The notes below the pieces were generated by a model, which was not told the origin of the DNA, searched no databases, and saw only the letters and a list, made by a program, of their open reading frames with translations. From positions 3,069-67,068 of the forward strand of contig JASJGS010000243.1 of assembly GCA_033791445.1 (NCBI GenBank): 64,000 nt of DNA, read 5' to 3'. The translations under genes were made by a program, and so were the position numbers. Every line of letters begins with the position of its first letter. Positions within the stretch are counted from its first letter, which is position 1. Positions 42,057 to 51,588 of this stretch are shown one piece after another. Source of the stretch: Bacteroidales bacterium (GTDB taxonomy: Bacteria > Bacteroidota > Bacteroidia > Bacteroidales > VadinHA17).

Positions 42057-43497
42057 CTATTATAAAATACCTGCTTTTGCAATCGTAGGACACCCCAACG
42101 AGGGTAAATCCTCCGTTGTATCTACCCTGGCTGAAAATGATCGTGTCCGCATTAGTGCTATTCCGGGAGAAACTATTGTTTGCGAAACCTACCCAGTAAT
42201 TATTGATGGCCATGAAATTATTCGGTTTATAGATACACCCGGTTTTCAAAATCCCAAAACAATATTGAAGTGGCTCAAACGCCATGAAAGCCTGAGTGAT
42301 CAAGCTATACCTGCCTTCATCGATAAGCATATCAACAACCCTGACATGGCACAGGATTGTGAACTACTGAACCCCATAGCTCACGGTGCAGGGATCATAT
42401 ACGTAGTGGATGGATCGAGGCCACTTCGCAGTGTTGATGAGGCGGAAATGGAAATTCTTCGCCTCTCTGGCGCACCTCGTATGGCAATCATTAATTTAAA
42501 AGAAGAAGAAACCCGGTATTTGTCTCAATGGAAAACTGCCTTCAGACTTCATTTTAATTCTATCCGAAATTTTAATGCCCACCAGGCCACTTATACTGAA
42601 CGAATTTCTCTTTTAGAAAGCTTAAAAGGTATAGACCAGGATTGGATCGATCCACTTTCTACTGTTCTCTCATCTTTTAAAAAAGATTGGGCTTATCGAT
42701 CTGTTCGAACTACTGAAGTAATATTAAAAATGTTAACGGAAAGTCTGGAATACTCTATAAGTAAAAATTTTAATGAAAAAGTTTTTGAAGAGGAACTGAA
42801 AAACAAATTATTTGATAAATATATCAGGTCCATTGAAAAAATTGAAACTTCAGCACATCAGCAAATTCGAAAACTGTATAAACATAATATATTCAATTAT
42901 GACCTTCCGGAACATTCAATTATTCATCAGGACCTTTTCAGTGAGAAAACCTGGCAAGTCCTTGGCCTGAGTCAAAAACAACTTACCACACTAGCGGCCA
43001 TCACAGGAGGAACAATTGGAGCAGCTATTGACCTGGCTACTGCCGGGATCTCCTTTGGTATTTTCACTGCAATTGGGGGGGCCATCGGGGCTGGCTGGGC
43101 AGCTTTGGGAGGGGGCCGGCAACTAGCAGGATCAAAAGTTGGTGGTATAAAACTGGGCGGTCAGCAGGTTCAGGTTGGTCCTAATGAAAACATTCAATTT
43201 CTTTATATTCTAATTGACCGTTCACTAATTTTTTACTCACATATCATCAACTGGGCACATGGCAGACGGGATATTTCAGAAATAAATAAAGAAGTTAGCC
43301 TTCTCCCTGATAAAACCGGCTACACAGCAACATGGAACATCAAAGACCAGAGAAAGTGTATTGCTTTTTTTAAAGCGGTCAGAAACGGTGACCCTATAAA
43401 GAAAGAAAAAGCCTACAAGGAATTGGCTGAGACTATTCAGAGTGAATTGACGAAAATATATTCAATCGAAGGAAGCGGGAAGGAAGGAATTCCTTAA
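42049..43497 (+). CDS. GTPase / DUF3482 family protein
   Basis: G1 VGHPNEGKSS, G2 GET, G3 DTPGF; Gly-rich TM hairpin; start overlaps the upstream stop (ATGAGTAA). Confidence 0.82.
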   Translation: MSNYYKIPAFAIVGHPNEGKSSVVSTLAENDRVRISAIPGETIVCETYPVIIDGHEIIRFIDTPGFQNPKTILKWLKRHESLSDQAIPAFIDKHINNPDMAQDCELLNPIAHGAGIIYVVDGSRPLRSVDEAEMEILRLSGAPRMAIINLKEEETRYLSQWKTAFRLHFNSIRNFNAHQATYTERISLLESLKGIDQDWIDPLSTVLSSFKKDWAYRSVRTTEVILKMLTESLEYSISKNFNEKVFEEELKNKLFDKYIRSIEKIETSAHQQIRKLYKHNIFNYDLPEHSIIHQDLFSEKTWQVLGLSQKQLTTLAAITGGTIGAAIDLATAGISFGIFTAIGGAIGAGWAALGGGRQLAGSKVGGIKLGGQQVQVGPNENIQFLYILIDRSLIFYSHIINWAHGRRDISEINKEVSLLPDKTGYTATWNIKDQRKCIAFFKAVRNGDPIKKEKAYKELAETIQSELTKIYSIEGSGKEGIP

Positions 43498-43582
43498 GAG
43501 TTACAATAACTTTGCTATTTGGACACTCCCCAATTGCTCCAAAAGAGGGATATTTTTATTTTTGATTATAAACAAACTAAAT

Positions 43583-44017
43583 ATGGAAAGAATCTCATAT
43601 TATAAAGGCAATAGAGCTCAAAACATATTTTTAATTTCTATTGGAATTTTAGCCCTATTTATTGGTATTGCAGGAATTTTTGGAAAAGTTTTCTCTATTA
43701 ATTGGTTAAATGAAGATTTTGGTACATTGAATATTATTAGCTTTCTCTCACTCGGGGCCCTTTACCTTTTTTTATACTTTACTATTAATAAAAGAAGACA
43801 AAAGTTCATTAAATGGGATAACAAGCTTATTCGATATCGTTTACCAGGAACTAAAGTTACTGAGCTCATAAAAGTCGATGACATAGAAAAGGTAAAAATA
43901 GAGATATTCGGCATAAGTCTTCAGCTAAAAGATTTATCATCCAGGCAGATCAATTTAGAAGGCCTGGATTTTAAAGACATTAAACTAGTAAAAGCATTTT
44001 TCAGCAAATTTGAATAA
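43583..44017 (+). CDS. Hypothetical membrane protein (two TM plus small beta domain)
   Basis: ATG at 43583; two hydrophobic helices then a soluble domain. Confidence 0.65.
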   Translation: MERISYYKGNRAQNIFLISIGILALFIGIAGIFGKVFSINWLNEDFGTLNIISFLSLGALYLFLYFTINKRRQKFIKWDNKLIRYRLPGTKVTELIKVDDIEKVKIEIFGISLQLKDLSSRQINLEGLDFKDIKLVKAFFSKFE

Positions 44018-44296
44018 AATCTATCTTTCTGCATTATAAATCCTTGTAAAAAGAGATCCACTCTTTAATAATTGATTTACCGGCTATTAACACTTCATTC
44101 TTACTCATAGGTATGCCTTTTGAGGCAAGCCTTTTAGAAATTTGTATTATCATTTTGTGGAATATTGAGTATGAATAATATTTCTCTCACGCATGATAAT
44201 ATTATATTTTTTCTATTTTTATTTACAATCTGACATCTCTATTCTGGGTGAAATAAAACCAGAGTAAATACACTTTCTAATAAATATTGATTAAAC

Positions 44297-44310
44297 TCGG
44301 TCATGACCGA
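44297..44310. promoter_or_regulatory. Perfect 14-bp palindrome, candidate ParB-binding (parS-like) site
   Basis: TCGGTCATGACCGA in an otherwise very AT-rich intergenic region upstream of the parB-like gene. Confidence 0.45.
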
Positions 44311-44443
44311 ACATAGAATAGTATTATCTATTTAATATGATTTATAGATTTTATTCAATAAATTAATTTACTATTTTTACAATCTGAGTCTTAGAAATCA
44401 AGCCTGGAGCTCATATTAATCAAATGATAGAATAAATTACTTT

Positions 44444-45283
44444 ATGTTAAACATAAGCTGTTTACATTCTATGAAAAAATCCATTCACCTAATTAAACTT
44501 AATGAGATTGAGGATTCTCCCTACCAGGGAAGAATGATTTTTGTTGAAGAGGGTGATAAAGTAAGTGAGGAGAAAAACATTGAAATGCTTGCTGAAAATA
44601 TCAAAGAAAATGGCCTCCTGAATCCTGTTGTTGTCAGACAAATTAACAATTCATACCAGCTGGTGGATGGTCATAGAAGAGCTGAGGCAATGAAATTGCT
44701 TGGCAAAAAAACCATTGAATGTATAGTTAAAGAAATGACTGAACGAGAGGTCCAGGTAATGACAGTTGTAGGCAACCTACAACGAAAAGACCTATTCAAC
44801 ATTGAAAAAGCCATTGCGTTTAAGAAAATTCTTGACGCTGGCATTTTTACGGATAAAAGAGAACTCTCTAAAGCTATTGGGAAGGATGAAACCTATGTAG
44901 GTGACTTGTTAAATACCCTAAAATTGGATAAGCGAATACTGGATGACCTGCTGAAAAACAAAAGTACCAATGATGTAAGACTATTGAGAGCAATTAGACG
45001 AGTTGAGGATACAAATGAGGATGGCTATTCAAAGAAACAGTGGGAGCTTTATCGGCAGTTCTTATATGAGGGCCTAACAAGGCAGGATGTTTTTAACATT
45101 ACCAGGGGAAAAAATGCCGAGAAAGAGAAAATTTTTACTCTTAAATTCAAGCCACGTCGAATTGAAATCAACTTACATAAAAAATACAATTTAGAAGATC
45201 GAAAAGACCTCATCAAAATTCTAAATCAAAAACTCACAGATGTTTTTAAGGAGTTTGAAAAAAGTACTAAGGATGTAGATTGA
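44444..45283 (+). CDS. ParB/RepB/Spo0J family protein (orphan)
   Basis: SPYQGR, I.ENGLLNPVVVR, LVDGHRR.EA, NLQR.DL..IEKA, HTH; alternative start at 44471. Confidence 0.88.
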   Translation: MLNISCLHSMKKSIHLIKLNEIEDSPYQGRMIFVEEGDKVSEEKNIEMLAENIKENGLLNPVVVRQINNSYQLVDGHRRAEAMKLLGKKTIECIVKEMTEREVQVMTVVGNLQRKDLFNIEKAIAFKKILDAGIFTDKRELSKAIGKDETYVGDLLNTLKLDKRILDDLLKNKSTNDVRLLRAIRRVEDTNEDGYSKKQWELYRQFLYEGLTRQDVFNITRGKNAEKEKIFTLKFKPRRIEINLHKKYNLEDRKDLIKILNQKLTDVFKEFEKSTKDVD

Positions 45284-45351
45284 TTCGTACAAAATAAATT
45301 ATTCACTTTGTTCTAAATGGTACAAATATAGAGCAATTAATATCCCTTTAC

Positions 45352-45383
45352 TGTCATTTCGAGAAGTGAATCGATGGGAATTT
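45352..45383 (+). repeat. Partial REP-like element
   Basis: TGTCATTTCGAG identical to 56212-56223; no right arm seen. Confidence 0.45.
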
Positions 45384-45456
45384 AACTAATATATTTATTT
45401 TATCAGTCTGTATATTAGTGTTATATAAACAATTGTTAAAAATATTTTCAAAAATA

Positions 45457-45488
45457 TTTGGAGATTTAAATTAGATGTCATATTTTTG
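45457..45488 (+). promoter_or_regulatory. Bacteroidota sigma promoter (-33 TTTG / -7 TATTTTTG)
   Basis: TTTG at 45457-45460, 20-nt spacer, TATTTTTG at 45481-45488, upstream of the TetR gene. Confidence 0.7.
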
Positions 45489-45504
45489 ACTGAACGGTCA
45501 GTCA
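45487..45504. promoter_or_regulatory. TetR operator 1
   Basis: TGACTGA-ACGG-TCAGTCA inverted repeat overlapping the -7 box. Confidence 0.8.
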
Positions 45505-45545
45505 GTTTTATAGTCGCATGTGCGGCTTTTTAAAAACGAAATTAA

Positions 45546-45563
45546 TGACTGATCAGTCAGTCA
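45546..45563. promoter_or_regulatory. TetR operator 2
   Basis: TGACTGA-TCAG-TCAGTCA; arms identical to operator 1. Confidence 0.8.
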
Positions 45564-45578
45564 ACAGAAATAAATATT

Positions 45579-46154
45579 ATGTCCCCAAGAACTCGACAAC
45601 AGAATGAAGAAATCAGAGAGTCAAAAAGGACTCTTATTATGAACACTGCACTTAAACTATTTGCCGAAGAAGGATATTATATAACCTCTATGAGCAAAAT
45701 AGCAAGTTCAGCAAACATCTCTAAAGGACTTATATACAATTATTTTGAAAGTAAGGAAAACCTGCTCACTGAAATCTTTTATCATGGTATGCATGAAATG
45801 CTTGAAGACTTTGATCCCAATCATGATGGAATCCTAACAAGAGATGAGCTGGTATTATTTATAAACGACACCTTCCAAAAACTAAAAAGCAATGTAGATT
45901 TCTGGAAATTGTATTTCATTTTAATTATGAATCCTCCGATTTTCAAAATTTTTGAGGAACGATTAAAAGAATTTATGGGCCCAATGATACAGCCCCTGGA
46001 AGATTATTTTTCCAGCAAAGGGTCAAAGGATCCCAAAGCAGAAGCAAGGATGTTTTTAGCCATTTTGGATGGCTTTGGAATGCATTACGTTTTTGATCCT
46101 CAAAATTTTCCAATAGACACTATAAACCAAATTTTTATAGAGAAGTATTTATAA
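45579..46154 (+). CDS. TetR/AcrR family transcriptional regulator
   Basis: MSPRT..Q...IR, ALKLFAE.GY..TSM..IA..ANISKGLIYNYF.SKE. Confidence 0.93.
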   Translation: MSPRTRQQNEEIRESKRTLIMNTALKLFAEEGYYITSMSKIASSANISKGLIYNYFESKENLLTEIFYHGMHEMLEDFDPNHDGILTRDELVLFINDTFQKLKSNVDFWKLYFILIMNPPIFKIFEERLKEFMGPMIQPLEDYFSSKGSKDPKAEARMFLAILDGFGMHYVFDPQNFPIDTINQIFIEKYL

Positions 46155-46171
46155 AAAGTAAAACCAATACA

Positions 46172-46942
46172 ATGAAAAACATTCTTTCAAAATTATCAAT
46201 AGCCTTAATAGGGTTACTGATTTTGACTTCATTCGGGTCTACGTATGCCCAGGAGCTAACAGCCAAAGAAGTGATCGATAAAGCCAATGACCTAATCCGT
46301 GGTAAATCCAGCCAGGGAAACATGACCATGAAAATTATAAGGCCGAAATGGGAAAGAACCTTATCGTTTAAAACCTGGTCTAAAGGAACGGAATATTCGT
46401 TAATCTATGTTACTGCTCCGGCAAAAGAAAAGGGCCAGGTATTTCTTAAACGAGAAAAAGAAATGTGGAACTGGGTTCCCACCATTGAACGAATGATTAA
46501 AATTCCTCCCTCTATGATGATGCAGTCCTGGATGGGGTCAGACATGACCAATGATGACCTCGTAAAAGAATCGTCTATAGTAAATGATTATGACCAGAAG
46601 ATAACAGGAAATGAAACCGTTCAGGGGTATGATTGCTACAAAATTGAACTCATTCCTCACGAGGATGCAGCCGTAGTTTGGGGTAAAATTATTAGCTGGG
46701 TGTCTAAAAAGGAATTTTTTACACTAAAAAACGAGTATTACGATGAGGATGGCTACCTGGTTAATAAAGAGACTCTTTCAAAAATCAAAGACGTAGGCGA
46801 CAGAGTGATGCCAACATTTTTTGAAATAATACCTGTAGATAAAGAGGGGCAAAAAACAACTATGGAGTTCAATGAAATTGAGTTTAATGTAGATCTTCCG
46901 GAAAGTTTTTTCTCCATCCAGAATATGAAACGAATAAGATAG
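46172..46942 (+). CDS. Outer-membrane lipoprotein-sorting (LolA-like) periplasmic protein
   Basis: Signal peptide; APAKEKG..FLK...MWNW.P, SWMGSD.TNDDL, C-terminal FFS.QNMKR. Confidence 0.85.
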   Translation: MKNILSKLSIALIGLLILTSFGSTYAQELTAKEVIDKANDLIRGKSSQGNMTMKIIRPKWERTLSFKTWSKGTEYSLIYVTAPAKEKGQVFLKREKEMWNWVPTIERMIKIPPSMMMQSWMGSDMTNDDLVKESSIVNDYDQKITGNETVQGYDCYKIELIPHEDAAVVWGKIISWVSKKEFFTLKNEYYDEDGYLVNKETLSKIKDVGDRVMPTFFEIIPVDKEGQKTTMEFNEIEFNVDLPESFFSIQNMKRIR

Positions 46943-46999
46943 CACATTATAAGCAAAAGAGTATTTAAGCCTAAAAAAGGTACTTGAACTTAAGAAATT

Positions 47000-48217
47000 A
47001 TGGAAAATTTAAAAATAGCCTGGAGAAATCTCTGGAGAAACAAAAAAAGAACTCTAATAACCGTGGGCTCTATCTTCTTTGGCGTAATATTGTCAACCCT
47101 CATGTCATCGATGCAGGAAGGTTCATATAGTTCAATGGTTGAAAACGTGGTTAAGTTTTATTCCGGCTACATGCAGGTACAGAATGAGGAATACTGGGAC
47201 AAGAAAACCATTAATAACACCTTTGAACCAACAGAAGAATTATATCAAACTATCAGGGAAACAAAAGGTGTAACAAGTTTTGCTCCCCGCCTTGAATCTT
47301 TTGCCTTAGCCTCATCACAGGAAATTACCCGCGGAAGCATTTTGTTTGGCATTAATCCTGTAGAAGAAGAAAATGTCACCGGCGTTAGCAAGTGGTTAAT
47401 TGAAGGGGAATATCTTAAAAATGGTGACGATGGACTTTTGCTGGCTTCCGGCCTTGCAGATTATATGAAGGTAAAGGTGAACGATACGCTGGTATTATTG
47501 GGACAGGGATATCATGGAGTAAGTGCTGCTGGCAAATACCCGATTCGGGGAATTATTAAACTTCCAAATCCAGATCTTAATCGCCAGGTAGCTTACATGG
47601 ATCTCAAAAATGCCCAGGATTTTTTTACAGCAGAAAATCTAATTACCTCTCTTGTAGTAATGGTTGAAGATCCCTATGATCTGCCTCATGCGAACAAGGT
47701 CCTTAAAAAAGAGATTTCCTCACCTTATTCAGTAATGACATGGGATGAAATGCAACCTGAAATAGTTCAAATGATTGAAGCAGACAGGGCAGGTGCCGTT
47801 GTCATGAAAGGTATTCTTTATATCATTATTGGTTTTGGGATCCTGGGTACTATAACCATGATGCTATCAGAGAGACTTCGTGAGATGGGTGTTATGGTTG
47901 CTATTGGTTTGCAGAGAACCAGACTGGGTATTATCCTTTTCTATGAAACCATACTCATCGGTTTTGTTGGGGTAATAACCGGGTTTATAGCAAGCATCCC
48001 TGTGATTTCATACTTTTTTAATAACCCCGTTGAACTTACTGGAGATGCAGCAGGAACAATGATTGAAATGGGGATAGAACCCTACATGTACTTCTCGTGG
48101 ATTCCCAGTGTTTTCTATAATCAGGTTTTAACTGTGTTTGTAATAACCGTTTTGATTGGAATTCTTCCTCTTATTAGAACCTTTAAACTAAATATTTCAC
48201 AAGCCTTACGTGCTTAA
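47000..48217 (+). CDS. ABC transporter permease (LolC/E, MacB/FtsX type)
   Basis: AWRNLWRNK.RT, large periplasmic loop, ER.RE.G.M.AIG, four-TM topology. Confidence 0.9.
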   Translation: MENLKIAWRNLWRNKKRTLITVGSIFFGVILSTLMSSMQEGSYSSMVENVVKFYSGYMQVQNEEYWDKKTINNTFEPTEELYQTIRETKGVTSFAPRLESFALASSQEITRGSILFGINPVEEENVTGVSKWLIEGEYLKNGDDGLLLASGLADYMKVKVNDTLVLLGQGYHGVSAAGKYPIRGIIKLPNPDLNRQVAYMDLKNAQDFFTAENLITSLVVMVEDPYDLPHANKVLKKEISSPYSVMTWDEMQPEIVQMIEADRAGAVVMKGILYIIIGFGILGTITMMLSERLREMGVMVAIGLQRTRLGIILFYETILIGFVGVITGFIASIPVISYFFNNPVELTGDAAGTMIEMGIEPYMYFSWIPSVFYNQVLTVFVITVLIGILPLIRTFKLNISQALRA

Positions 48218-48289
48218 TCAAAATATTTAAAATTATTGAATTGGAAATATCTTAGCCTCTCAGAAATAAAAATTTACAATATATACCCA

Positions 48290-49507
48290 ATGATTTGGTC
48301 AATTTCATGGAAAAATATCTGGAGAAGTAAAGTAAGGAGCATTGTTGTAATTACAGCCATTGCCCTTGGACTTACTGCTGGTATTTTTTCATCCGCTTTT
48401 TTTACAGGGATGGTGGATCAGAGAATCAATCAGGCGATATCAAATGAGATTTCGCACATTCAGATTCACAATCCCAATTTCAAAGAAAATACCGACCTGG
48501 GAAACTACATTCATGAAACCAGTAAGGCTTACAATCTGGTCAAGGACAATCCAGATGTAAAAGGAGTTAGTAAAAGGATAATTATCTACTCCATGGTTGC
48601 CTCCGCCGAAACTGCCGCTGGTGTAAAAATCGCAGGCATAAACCCATCTGATGAAAAAATGGTTTCAGGAATTAGTACAAAAATAATCGATGGTGAATAT
48701 TTTGAGGGGGTTAAAAGAAATCCTGTTGTAATTGGAAAGAAACTGGCGGATAAATTAAAAGTGAAAGTACGCTCGAAAGTTGTGATTACTCTTCAGGACA
48801 TGGACAAAAACATCACTGGAGGAGCTTTCCGAATAGCTGGAATTTACGAATCAGCAAACACTGGTTTTGATGAAAAGAATATTTATGTACTCGATACCGA
48901 TCTTACTCGGTTAACTGCTCTTCCAGAAGGTGTTTGCCATGAGATTGCCATCCTCACCAATGACAATGACCTTTCTATGGTAGTAGATGATCAACTTAAA
49001 AAACAACTCCCTGAATTGGCTGTTGAAAACTGGAAAGAGATTAGTCCGGAAATGAGTTATATGACCGAGATAATGGATCTATACAACTATATTTTCATTG
49101 TAATTATATTATTTGCCCTGCTGTTTGGAATCATCAATACCATGCTTATGGTTGTTCTTGAACGAAGAAAGGAACTGGGTATGTTATTGGCCATAGGAAT
49201 GAGTAAAGGAAAAGTTTTTGCAATGATCATGCTGGAAACAGTTCTTTTATCCTTGACCGGCGGTATGGCGGGCATCTTATTAGGATGGGCTATTTCAGGA
49301 TATTTTGGGAAACATCCCATTAACCTCTCTAGGTGGGCCGAAGGTTATTCTCAATTAGGGTATGATACAGTGGTATATACAACATTAGATCCATCGCAGT
49401 TTGTGGTAGTGACTATTATGGTAATACTTACAGGCATTATTGCTGCCTTGTACCCAGCTTATAAAGCCCTGCAGTATGATCCTGCTGAGGCTTTGAGAAT
49501 AGAATAA
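48290..49507 (+). CDS. ABC transporter permease (LolC/E, MacB/FtsX type)
   Basis: SWKNIWRSK.RS, NTMLM.VLER..ELGML.AIGM, YPAYKA...P.EALR; ATG at 48290. Confidence 0.9.
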   Translation: MIWSISWKNIWRSKVRSIVVITAIALGLTAGIFSSAFFTGMVDQRINQAISNEISHIQIHNPNFKENTDLGNYIHETSKAYNLVKDNPDVKGVSKRIIIYSMVASAETAAGVKIAGINPSDEKMVSGISTKIIDGEYFEGVKRNPVVIGKKLADKLKVKVRSKVVITLQDMDKNITGGAFRIAGIYESANTGFDEKNIYVLDTDLTRLTALPEGVCHEIAILTNDNDLSMVVDDQLKKQLPELAVENWKEISPEMSYMTEIMDLYNYIFIVIILFALLFGIINTMLMVVLERRKELGMLLAIGMSKGKVFAMIMLETVLLSLTGGMAGILLGWAISGYFGKHPINLSRWAEGYSQLGYDTVVYTTLDPSQFVVVTIMVILTGIIAALYPAYKALQYDPAEALRIE

Positions 49508-49558
49508 GTTTATAGAATTTAGAAAACTATCTAATTAAAAATACATAAATCACATAAA

Positions 49559-50242
49559 ATGAGCATAATTAACATCACGAATTTATCCAAGATTTACGAC
49601 GGTGCTGGAATAAAAGTTAAAGCCGTTGATAATATTGACCTGAGATTTGAAAAGGGTGAGTTTGCTGCTATTGTTGGCCCATCAGGATCAGGAAAAACCA
49701 CCTTATTAAATATGCTGGGGGGACTTGACAGGCCGACTTCCGGTGAGGTAGTAATAGATGACCAGAATATCTGGGAGCTAAGCCAACGTAAGCTTACTAA
49801 TTTTCGGTTGAATAAGATTGGTTTCGTTTTTCAGTCATACAACCTTATCCCTGTTCTAACTGCGGGAGAAAACACTGAATTTATTATGCACCTGCAAGGA
49901 AAATCAAAGGCAGAAAGAAATTCAAGAACTCAGGAACTTCTGGAAGCTGTGGGGATTGGAGACAGATCGAAAAGCAGACCCAACAAATTGAGTGGTGGCC
50001 AGCAACAGAGAGTAGCCGTAGCAAGAGCCCTGGCTTCCAAGCCAACCTTTATACTGGCTGATGAACCAACGGCAAACCTGGACTCAAAATCGACTGAAAC
50101 CCTACTGGATATTATGGAAGAATTGAATAAAAATGAAAATATCACTTTTATATTTTCAACCCATGATGCCAGGGTGGTAGCAAAAGCAAGAAGGGTTATC
50201 ACTCTCGTCGACGGAAAAGTTGATTCCGATGAACTAAGGTAA
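49559..50242 (+). CDS. ABC transporter ATP-binding protein (LolD-like)
   Basis: GPSGSGKT, LSGGQQQRVA, ILADEPT.NLD, STHD. Confidence 0.95.
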   Translation: MSIINITNLSKIYDGAGIKVKAVDNIDLRFEKGEFAAIVGPSGSGKTTLLNMLGGLDRPTSGEVVIDDQNIWELSQRKLTNFRLNKIGFVFQSYNLIPVLTAGENTEFIMHLQGKSKAERNSRTQELLEAVGIGDRSKSRPNKLSGGQQQRVAVARALASKPTFILADEPTANLDSKSTETLLDIMEELNKNENITFIFSTHDARVVAKARRVITLVDGKVDSDELR

Positions 50243-50286
50243 TTTTACATTGCTTGTCATCAAACAATATTGATTAATTATTTTTC

Positions 50287-51435
50287 ATGAAATTATTCAG
50301 GCACATTGTATTTTTAGCACTATTCATAGGTGGCATTTTGTCTGCTTCAGGTCAGGATAAAAAATTTGCTTTTAATGGCTACCTGAGCAATATGCAAACA
50401 GTCATGTTTGAAAAGTGGAATGAAGATTGGTTGATTGAAAGTCAGTTTCATAATAGACTGAATTTTAGGTTTTATGCCAATGAGAAGTGGACTTTTGACC
50501 TGGAGTTGAGAAATAGATTGTTGTATGGAGACCTGGTTCGTTTTATCCCTGATTATTCTGAAATAGTTAGTAGTGATGGTGGATGGATGAATTTATCCTG
50601 GCTGATACTCAATGAACCATCCTTTTTTCTCTATTCCACTATTGACAGGGTCTGGATAGATTATAACTCTGGCTATTTTCAGTTACGGGTGGGAAGACAA
50701 AGAATAAACTGGTCGCAAGCCCTGGTCTGGAATCCCAATGATATTTTTAATGCATATTCCTATTTTGACTTCGATTATATTGAACGTCCCGGAAGCGATG
50801 CCGTTAGGGTCCAGTATTATACCGGCAGCTCCTCCTCCATAGACCTTGCAGCAAAAGTGGACAGTGCCAATAAGGTAACAGCAGCAGGGCGTTATGTTTT
50901 TTCTGCATTTAATTACGACATACAATTTTTAACCGGGGTTTTTGAAAACGACGATTATATATTAGGTGCGGGATGGGCCGGAAACATAAAAGGAGCTGGA
51001 TTCAGGGGCGAATTTACCTGGTTTCATTCCTTACATAACTCTCACCCTGAGCAATTTATGTTTTCCATATCAGGAGATTATACTTTCCCGAACTCCCTGT
51101 TTATTGGACTTGATTTTCTTTATTCCAATATCGAATATGATTTTGATGGGTTTGGAGATTATCTAATCTCTTCACTCAATGTTAAGAATATCGCCTTTAC
51201 CGATTACAATATACTTGCACAGATTTCATATCCTATAACACCTCTGCTGAATGGATCTTTTGCGTGTATCTACTACCCCACTGAACAAGGATTTTACCTT
51301 GGGCCTTCCATTGATTATTCTATTCTTGAAAATTTGACTCTTTCCTTTGTTTTTCAATACTTTCAGGGAAAATTCGGAACCGATGTAATTAATAGAACAA
51401 CATTTGGATTCCTCCGATTTAAATGGAATTTTTAA
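50287..51435 (+). CDS. Outer-membrane beta-barrel protein
   Basis: Signal peptide; RVGRQRINW....WNPNDIFN, ERPGSDA; C-terminal FKWNF. Confidence 0.78.
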   Translation: MKLFRHIVFLALFIGGILSASGQDKKFAFNGYLSNMQTVMFEKWNEDWLIESQFHNRLNFRFYANEKWTFDLELRNRLLYGDLVRFIPDYSEIVSSDGGWMNLSWLILNEPSFFLYSTIDRVWIDYNSGYFQLRVGRQRINWSQALVWNPNDIFNAYSYFDFDYIERPGSDAVRVQYYTGSSSSIDLAAKVDSANKVTAAGRYVFSAFNYDIQFLTGVFENDDYILGAGWAGNIKGAGFRGEFTWFHSLHNSHPEQFMFSISGDYTFPNSLFIGLDFLYSNIEYDFDGFGDYLISSLNVKNIAFTDYNILAQISYPITPLLNGSFACIYYPTEQGFYLGPSIDYSILENLTLSFVFQYFQGKFGTDVINRTTFGFLRFKWNF

Positions 51436-51454
51436 AATATTTGACCTAACCTAG

Positions 51455-51494
51455 CATTTTGACTCTTCGACTTTTCAACTCCTGGACTCTTGGA
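51455..51494 (+). repeat. Degenerate 8-bp tandem repeat, 5 units (upstream array)
   Basis: cattttga ctcttcga cttttcaa ctcctgga ctcttgga. Confidence 0.85.
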
Positions 51495-51588
51495 CTGTTT
51501 CTTTTTTCTACCCACAATAATTGTTTTGGTTAATAAATTATCTCAAGATTCTATAACCATCCCTTTACGAAATCCGTAAAACCATTCT

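Noticed and set aside
43500-45400. Prophage, plasmid or ICE around parB
   Set aside because: No integrase, relaxase, rep, phage genes, tRNA target or att-like direct repeats seen
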